From Candidatus Latescibacterota bacterium (lineage in GTDB: Bacteria; Latescibacterota; UBA2968; GCA-2709665): a stretch of 64,000 bases of DNA. The notes under the pieces were generated by a model that worked only from the letters and a program-made list of their open reading frames with translations, was not told the DNA's origin and did not search any database. Each line of letters begins with the position of its first letter. The stretch's first letter is position 1. The stretch is taken from assembly GCA_965205485.1 (NCBI GenBank), contig OZ242180.1, positions 4,704,001 to 4,768,000 of the forward strand, read 5' to 3'. Position numbers and translations under genes: made by a program. Shown piece after piece: positions 57,994 to 64,000 of the stretch.

Positions 57994-58179
57994 GAAGCTG
58001 TCTTAAAATTCCCAGCGGTCTTCGCACGGCTGCAAAAGCGCCGGTCGGCGTTGGTCAAATCCACCCGTCGTACGAGATCGAGGCTGCGCTTGCTCGCCTC
58101 TCATAGGCGGATTTTCCCGCCTTGACCGCCACTTTTTCGCTCGCGCTCGGGAACTCGCCGGTAATTTTAAAACAGCTTC
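57994..58179. mobile_element. MITE family A, long form (186 bp)
   Basis: GAAGCTGTCTTAAAATT / AATTTTAAAACAGCTTC; abuts the TGA stop of the channel gene. Confidence 0.86.
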
Positions 58180-58974
58180 TCACGACTCCATCTCACGTCC
58201 GCAGTGCGGACAGACGCCCTCCTCCTTCTTTCGCCGGTCGATCTCCCCGGCGAAACCGGAACCGAGAATGCCGGCGGGGAGGGCGAACATTCCAATACCC
58301 AGAAGCGCGATCACAGCGCCCAGCACCTTTCCCACGCCGGTTACGGGGTACGTGTCTCCGTATCCCACCGTCGTGAGCGTCACGATGCCCCACCACATCG
58401 CTGAGGGAATACTCGAGAAGGCATCGGGCTGGGCGCGGTGTTCGGCAAAATACATCAACGTCGACGCGATAACCAGCATGATCAGCAGGACGAAGAGCGT
58501 CACGACCAATTCGCCCCTGTGTTTCCGCAGCACATTGCCCAACGTCTGCAACGACGTGGAATACCGTCCCAGCTTGAACAACCGAAGCAGCCTCATGGCG
58601 CGCAGGACCCGCAGATCGACCGTTGTCACCAGAGGCAGATAGAACGGGAGGATCGCAATCAGGTCCACCAGGGCCAGGGGCGTCAGGAAATAACGCATTC
58701 GACCCCGAATGGGGCGGGAATACCGTCCGTCCGCGGTACACGACCACATGCGCAGCAGGTATTCAACGGTAAAGACACCTACGGAAAAGGCGTCGAATGC
58801 CTCGAACGCCCAGCGGTACGACGCCAGAACGGACGCCACTGTTTCCAGGATGACCGCCACGACATTAAGGACAATCAACCCCATGATGAACAGGTCGATG
58901 GTTCGGCTTTGCCGGTCGCCGGCCTGGGCTTTATCCAGGATTTCGTTGGTTCGTTCCTTAAACCGGTCTATCAT
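58180..58974 (-). CDS. Voltage-gated potassium channel (ion transport protein)
   Basis: S4 LRVLRAMRLLRLFK; selectivity filter TTVGYGD. Confidence 0.93.
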   Translation of the reverse strand: MIDRFKERTNEILDKAQAGDRQSRTIDLFIMGLIVLNVVAVILETVASVLASYRWAFEAFDAFSVGVFTVEYLLRMWSCTADGRYSRPIRGRMRYFLTPLALVDLIAILPFYLPLVTTVDLRVLRAMRLLRLFKLGRYSTSLQTLGNVLRKHRGELVVTLFVLLIMLVIASTLMYFAEHRAQPDAFSSIPSAMWWGIVTLTTVGYGDTYPVTGVGKVLGAVIALLGIGMFALPAGILGSGFAGEIDRRKKEEGVCPHCGREMES

Positions 58975-59143
58975 GGCGCCTCTTCAGATAAGGCCGATCG
59001 GGGTCGTCGCCAATGGCTCACGTAATATAAAGATAGGATGCAATCGTTCGAATGGAAACGTCTTTTTCCGATGAGCGCATCCCTGTCACGGATTCGCAAC
59101 CTCTGATGTCTTCACGACAGCCGGTCACGTCGACAGTCGACCC

Positions 59144-61114
59144 ATGAATCCGAAAACAATAGAAAAAAACAAGGCAATCGCGCCGGTACGAGTTCTGGCA
59201 GCGCTTTCGCTGGCTGCGGTTTTCGTCGCAATATTGCCGGCCAACCGGGATCGCGTCATTCATCAGCAGGTCGTGTCGGAGTTGCCGCTCCTGTCAAGAG
59301 CGCTGGGTGACGGCCCATGGCGGCTCGCGGACAACCAGGACCCACGCTGTCGTTCCGGTTTCGAGGAAGTACACCGCCGCCGAAAGACCCCCCTGCCCGG
59401 TGCGTCTGAAATTGTGGTTGGGTGCAGTCAAGACCCGGAAGGCCTGGTCCTGACCGCGTCAACAGCCTTGTCGCAGCGCCGGACGCGCCTGAAGTCCATC
59501 GACGGGTGGAGCCTCTATCCGCCGATTGCGGCGATTCTGGTGGCCATTTTCAGCGGACGCGTCCTTCTGGGACTGTCCCTGGCCGTACTCTGTGGAGGCG
59601 TCCTCACGGCCGGAGAAGCCCCGTTCCATGAAGTCCCTTTCGCCGCCTTCGAACGGGCAGCCGTAAATTACATCTGGACGCCGCTCAGATCGTCGTTTCA
59701 ACTCTACATTCTCGGCTTTACGGCCGCCCTGATCGGCATGGTAAGGGTAACGTCGCTGGCGGGGGGCAACCAGGGCATAGCCGCACTCCTTGCCAACAGA
59801 TCGGAAGGCGCGAAGTCCACACGATTGGCCGCATTCTTCATGGGGCTGGCGATATTCTTCGATGACTACGCCAATACGATCGTGGTGGGCACCACGTTTC
59901 GGCCAATGGCTGACCGGTTCCGGATCTCCCGCGAAAAGCTCGCGTACATCGTGGATTCCACCGCCGCTCCGGTCGCGGGCGTCGCGGTCATCAGCACCTG
60001 GATCGGATTCGAGGTTGGACTCTTCGGCGACCTCATGCGGGATCTCGGCACCGGCGTTTCAGGCTATCAGCTCTTCTTCCACGCCCTCCCGTTTCGATTC
60101 TACTGCCTCTTTACGCTTGCTTTCGTTGTCGCGTCAGCGTGGCTCCAGCGGGACTACGGACCCATGTACCGCGCGGAATACCGGGCAAGGACGACCGGAC
60201 AGGTGCTCCGGCCTGGGGCCACGCCGATGGCGGTACGCCGCAGCAGGGAGACCCTGCCCGCCGAGGGCGTCCGGCCCGCATGGTGGGCCGCGGCCGTGCC
60301 CGTTCTGATCGTCGTCGTCGCGGTCATCGGCGGCATGGCCGCGGATACCTGGAACGATCCCCACGTCCGGCCGATACGGCTGGCAAGCTCGCTCTTCAGT
60401 TTCCCGTACTGGACGGCATGTTTCTCCAACGCCGACAACGCGAGGGTACTCTTCCTTTCCGCCATACTGGGTTCCGCAGTCGCGCTCGTCATCGCGGTTA
60501 CCCGGCGGCGGCCGGCCGGAGGACCCGCCCCCATCCGACCGCTGACGGCGTTAACGACCTGGGCGCAGGGTGTCACTGGCATCCACTATGCCATCGCCGT
60601 CCTGATCATGGCCTGGGCCATTCAGGCGGTCTGCAAAGACATCGGCACGTCCACGTACCTCGCGGCAGCGCTGTCGCCGATCGCGGCGCCCGGCCTGCTG
60701 CCGCTGCTCATCTTTCTCCTGGCGGCTTCGGTCGCCTTCTCTATCGGTACGTCGTGGGCGACCATGGCGATCCTCATCCCCACCGCTGTTCCCCTCGCCC
60801 ACAGCATGGGCGGCTTCCCGCTCACCATTCTCGCCGCCGCCGCCGTACTGGATGGTGCAATCTTCGGCGATCACTGCTCCCCGATCAGCGACACGACCGT
60901 CATGTCCAGCCTCGCCACTTCATGCGACCATCTGGACCACGTGAGGACCCAGTTTCCCTACGCCCTGACCACAATGGGCATCGCCGCGCTCGCAGGGTAC
61001 GTCGGCGCGACGTTTTTCTATCCCGTGTGGTGCGGGCTGCTGATCGGCCTGGCGATCATTCCGGCGATCCTGATCGTATTCGGCAGAAACGCTGACAGGA
61101 ACTCCGACACGTAG
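59144..61114 (+). CDS. NhaC-family Na+/H+ antiporter-like transporter
   Basis: IFFDDYAN, REKLAYIVDST, GTSWAT, GDHCSPISDTT. Confidence 0.88.
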   Translation: MNPKTIEKNKAIAPVRVLAALSLAAVFVAILPANRDRVIHQQVVSELPLLSRALGDGPWRLADNQDPRCRSGFEEVHRRRKTPLPGASEIVVGCSQDPEGLVLTASTALSQRRTRLKSIDGWSLYPPIAAILVAIFSGRVLLGLSLAVLCGGVLTAGEAPFHEVPFAAFERAAVNYIWTPLRSSFQLYILGFTAALIGMVRVTSLAGGNQGIAALLANRSEGAKSTRLAAFFMGLAIFFDDYANTIVVGTTFRPMADRFRISREKLAYIVDSTAAPVAGVAVISTWIGFEVGLFGDLMRDLGTGVSGYQLFFHALPFRFYCLFTLAFVVASAWLQRDYGPMYRAEYRARTTGQVLRPGATPMAVRRSRETLPAEGVRPAWWAAAVPVLIVVVAVIGGMAADTWNDPHVRPIRLASSLFSFPYWTACFSNADNARVLFLSAILGSAVALVIAVTRRRPAGGPAPIRPLTALTTWAQGVTGIHYAIAVLIMAWAIQAVCKDIGTSTYLAAALSPIAAPGLLPLLIFLLAASVAFSIGTSWATMAILIPTAVPLAHSMGGFPLTILAAAAVLDGAIFGDHCSPISDTTVMSSLATSCDHLDHVRTQFPYALTTMGIAALAGYVGATFFYPVWCGLLIGLAIIPAILIVFGRNADRNSDT

Positions 61115-61121
61115 CCTGTTG

Positions 61122-62879
61122 CTACGGTTCTTCCACGCGGTGGTAGACGTTCAACGCCGGGTTTTCCAGTGTCCTGCGCCGGCCCGACGGCCACGTCACA
61201 ACCGCCTTCTCCAGTGTTGGATCGACGCCCAGCCCGAAATGCAGCCGTCTCTGGTTCTGCGACGAAAATCCACTGCCTCCCGACACTTCCTGCATCTGCT
61301 CCTGTCCGTTCCAGAACAGCCTCACCTGCGCCCCGATCGCGCTTCGATTGCTCGTCCCGCCCGCCAGTTCGAATCCGATCCACTGTCTTTCGGAACTCAC
61401 CGTGTTCCTGTATATCAGAAGCGGACCGCGCTGGTTGGCCACCACGACGTCCAGTACCCCGCGGTTCCAGAGATCCACGAGCGCGACCGCGCGGCCGTCG
61501 TACCGGTCGTCCACGCCGACAGCCGGAGCCGCGTCTTCAAACCGGCCCATCCCGTCGTTCACCCATACGCGCGCCCGCTGATAGCCGGCGAGGCTGCGTC
61601 CCTTCATCGCCGGCCAATTCTTCGCGTCCGAAATGATCGCCCTGTGTCCTCCTGCAACCTGGGAGAAATCGTACCAATAGCTATCCGACTCCGAGGCGGA
61701 CACGTAGCCGTTGGTCAGATACAGATCCAGCCGCCCGTCGTTGTTGAGATCTCCGAATTGCGCGCCGAAACTCCAGTCGCCCAGTTCCACGCCCATCACC
61801 TGCGCGAGGTTTTCGAACGCCAGGTCGTCGCCCTGCCGGGCGATCCAGAGATTGTTGCCCTGGAGCAGAATCCCCGCTTCCGAGATATTTGTTTCGTAAA
61901 TCGCCAGCCGGCCCTGATTCAACACGTCGCCGAATACCGCGTTCATTCCGCTCTTCGGCTGGTATCCGACGCCCGCCCGCCGTCCGACTTCCTCGAAGGA
62001 CTTCCCGCCGTGGTTCCGGTAGAGCTCCGATACGCCATAGTCGTTGGACAGGAAAAGGTCCGGGTACCCGGAACGGTTCAGGTCCCCCGCCGCCACGGCG
62101 AGGGTCCAGCGCCGGCTCCGAATGCCCACCCGCTCCGCGACGTCCTCGAACCGCCCGTCGCCCCGGTTGCGCATCAGGTACTTCCGACCGCCGTTCTCGG
62201 CATATTCGAAACTCTCCGGCATCATCCGGGTGGATTCAAGTTGCCACAGGTCCAGCACGTCCGGCCAGTACCCGGCGATGAACAGGTCCAGCAACCCGTC
62301 GCAATCGTAGTCCAGCCAGACGGCGCTGCCTGCGTTGACCCAGCCGGGCAACCCCGACCCTTCCGTCACCCGAACGAACCCTCGTCCCGCACGGTTGCGA
62401 AACAGCTCGGGGCGACCCCATTTGTATACGAACAGGTCTTCGAATCCGTCGTTGTCGTAGTCTCCCCAGACGGCACCAACGGAAACCCCGGTACCGGGAC
62501 GATTCAGATCCGCCACGCCCAGCCTTCCGGCCACGTCTTCGAACCGTCCGTATCCCAGATTGCGGTACAGCCGATTCGCGGAACCCTCGCCGCTGTTGGT
62601 CACGTAAAGGTCCTGCCAGCCGTCGCGGTCGAAATCCGCCACGGACACCGCCGCGCCCATAGCAGCGACGTGCGGCATTATGTGATTCAACTTCGCATCC
62701 AGCGTGGGTCCGCGGTGCACGAAATCGACGCCGCTCGCGCCCGCGACTTCCTCGAGCGAAAATCCGTAGTGTGCCGCTTCTTCGCGCAGCGGCCACAGAC
62801 CATATCTGCTGACGACGAGAATCGCCAGAAGCAGCGCGAAGACAGCGATCATGATGCCCTGGACCGTTCGTCGTGACAT
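61122..62879 (-). CDS. CRTAC1 / ASPIC-UnbV FG-GAP repeat protein
   Basis: Repeated DxDxDGxxDL motifs; C-terminal NRSAIGA...SQN..LHFGLG. Confidence 0.9.
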   Translation of the reverse strand: MSRRTVQGIMIAVFALLLAILVVSRYGLWPLREEAAHYGFSLEEVAGASGVDFVHRGPTLDAKLNHIMPHVAAMGAAVSVADFDRDGWQDLYVTNSGEGSANRLYRNLGYGRFEDVAGRLGVADLNRPGTGVSVGAVWGDYDNDGFEDLFVYKWGRPELFRNRAGRGFVRVTEGSGLPGWVNAGSAVWLDYDCDGLLDLFIAGYWPDVLDLWQLESTRMMPESFEYAENGGRKYLMRNRGDGRFEDVAERVGIRSRRWTLAVAAGDLNRSGYPDLFLSNDYGVSELYRNHGGKSFEEVGRRAGVGYQPKSGMNAVFGDVLNQGRLAIYETNISEAGILLQGNNLWIARQGDDLAFENLAQVMGVELGDWSFGAQFGDLNNDGRLDLYLTNGYVSASESDSYWYDFSQVAGGHRAIISDAKNWPAMKGRSLAGYQRARVWVNDGMGRFEDAAPAVGVDDRYDGRAVALVDLWNRGVLDVVVANQRGPLLIYRNTVSSERQWIGFELAGGTSNRSAIGAQVRLFWNGQEQMQEVSGGSGFSSQNQRRLHFGLGVDPTLEKAVVTWPSGRRRTLENPALNVYHRVEEP

Positions 62880-62893
62880 GGCTCACTCGATGG

Positions 62894-64000
62894 CTATCTG
62901 CCGGCGTGCATCCGGGAAATCTCGGGCGTGACGTACCGGGTGTGGTAGTTCTGCCAGTCCGAAGGGTTGCGGCGGTAGACGGGGTCGTCCTCCAGCCGGT
63001 CCGGCGGCGTTTCGTACGACGACCAGGCGTGCGACGGCAGTGGCAGCACCGTCCCTGAAAACGCCGTATTGTAATCTCCGTCCTTTACCCAGCCGTCGCC
63101 CATCAGCACGAAATCCCGCACCCAACCGTCCGGCGGGGGCCCGGGATCGGGGAAGCGCATCACAAGCTCATCCCCGGCGTTCATGATCACGTACCGGTCG
63201 TCCACGTTCGCAAGCAGGGGACGCACATCCCCGAAGCGGGTGTGGTAACCGCTCAGGTCCCACCACCGCGGCGCCGTGCTAACGGCCGCGGAATACAGAG
63301 GGACGTCGGGAGAACGCCGATCCGGATGCGAGATCTCTGAAAACCCGCGGCCCCTCAGCGCTGCGGTCCGGGACCCGATGCGACGCGTCCTCACCGGCGC
63401 GCCGTCCGCGCGTGGAGCCCACGCCAGCCAGTCCCAGTAGATCTCGAGATTCGTCCCAAGGCGCAACCAGGTGGACGCCACACCCGTCAGATCGATCGCA
63501 ATCGTCTTGAATTTTCCGGCGGGAAAGCCGAGGTCCGGTTTCACGGATTCCCACGCGCCGTCCCTTCGCAGCGCGTCCAGTCGCAGCCCCTGTGGCCTGA
63601 CCTCCGCGCCATGCCCCATCGCGACGTTGATCGAACTGTCCGTCGGATAGATCCATCCGTGACCGATCAGCCACCCTCCGACGCTTTCCGCCGCCCGGGG
63701 CAGTTCGATTTCAACCCAGTGATCGGCAGCGACGCCCTGGTACTGTCCCACCTCGAAGGTGTCGAGGTAGCGCGCGTCTCTCGCGTTAACCGTCGCTGAA
63801 ACATCCCGTCCCGCGTCGTCCCTCGCAGCGTGGACGGCCACCGGTGTTCCCGTTGCAATCACCTTCAGCTCCGGCTGTCGCATCGCGAACCGCTCGTCCA
63901 CGAATACGGCCACGTCCGGCGGATGGTCCACAACCATCAACTCGACCCAGTCCACGAACTGGGTCTCCCACAGTTCGGAGGTGATGCGGATATCGTAAAA
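62894..64000 (-). CDS. C-terminal part of a large protein of the CRTAC1 cluster (5' end outside the window)
   Basis: Frame open to the window edge; ELWET, GFPAGK, TRFGDV, GWVKDGD, YHTRYV. Confidence 0.75.
   Translation of the reverse strand, partial: FYDIRITSELWETQFVDWVELMVVDHPPDVAVFVDERFAMRQPELKVIATGTPVAVHAARDDAGRDVSATVNARDARYLDTFEVGQYQGVAADHWVEIELPRAAESVGGWLIGHGWIYPTDSSINVAMGHGAEVRPQGLRLDALRRDGAWESVKPDLGFPAGKFKTIAIDLTGVASTWLRLGTNLEIYWDWLAWAPRADGAPVRTRRIGSRTAALRGRGFSEISHPDRRSPDVPLYSAAVSTAPRWWDLSGYHTRFGDVRPLLANVDDRYVIMNAGDELVMRFPDPGPPPDGWVRDFVLMGDGWVKDGDYNTAFSGTVLPLPSHAWSSYETPPDRLEDDPVYRRNPSDWQNYHTRYVTPEISRMHAGR

Noticed and set aside
61119..62876. 585-aa plus-strand ORF, and similar long antisense ORFs at 36019, 48403, 14014 and 2063
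   Set aside because: Mirror frames of well-supported genes on the opposite strand

Overview
High-GC bacterial chromosome window. The RpoC insert '[15 protein letters not shown]' suggests an FCB-superphylum lineage such as Gemmatimonadota or Latescibacterota (inference). 1-19.5 kb: core superoperon on the minus strand (tRNA-Tyr, -Gly, -Thr, rpmG, tRNA-Trp, secE, nusG, rplKAJL, rpoBC, rpsLG, fusA, tuf, rpsJ, rplCDWB). 19.8-24.3 kb: a TIM-barrel isomerase, a DUF4013-like protein, and a plant-type threonine synthase next to a plant-type cystathionine gamma-synthase. 24.4-38.2 kb: a MoxR/DUF58/Bat (vWA-TPR) operon with a GldA/F/G-like ABC module and DUF4340 embedded inside it. Two lower-GC accessory islets follow: 41-46 kb (PLD nuclease-ATPase fusion, lipoproteins, orphan antitoxin) and 52.5-54.8 kb (decayed toxin-antitoxin genes). 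Between and after them are a polyamine-type ABC transporter with duplicated binding proteins, metabolic and transport genes, and the end of a CRTAC1/ASPIC-UnbV cluster. Three families of palindromic MITE-like elements share one internal hairpin module, and one copy sits in frame inside a signal peptide. A separate ~110-bp repeat carrying a conserved 15-codon mini-ORF occurs three times.
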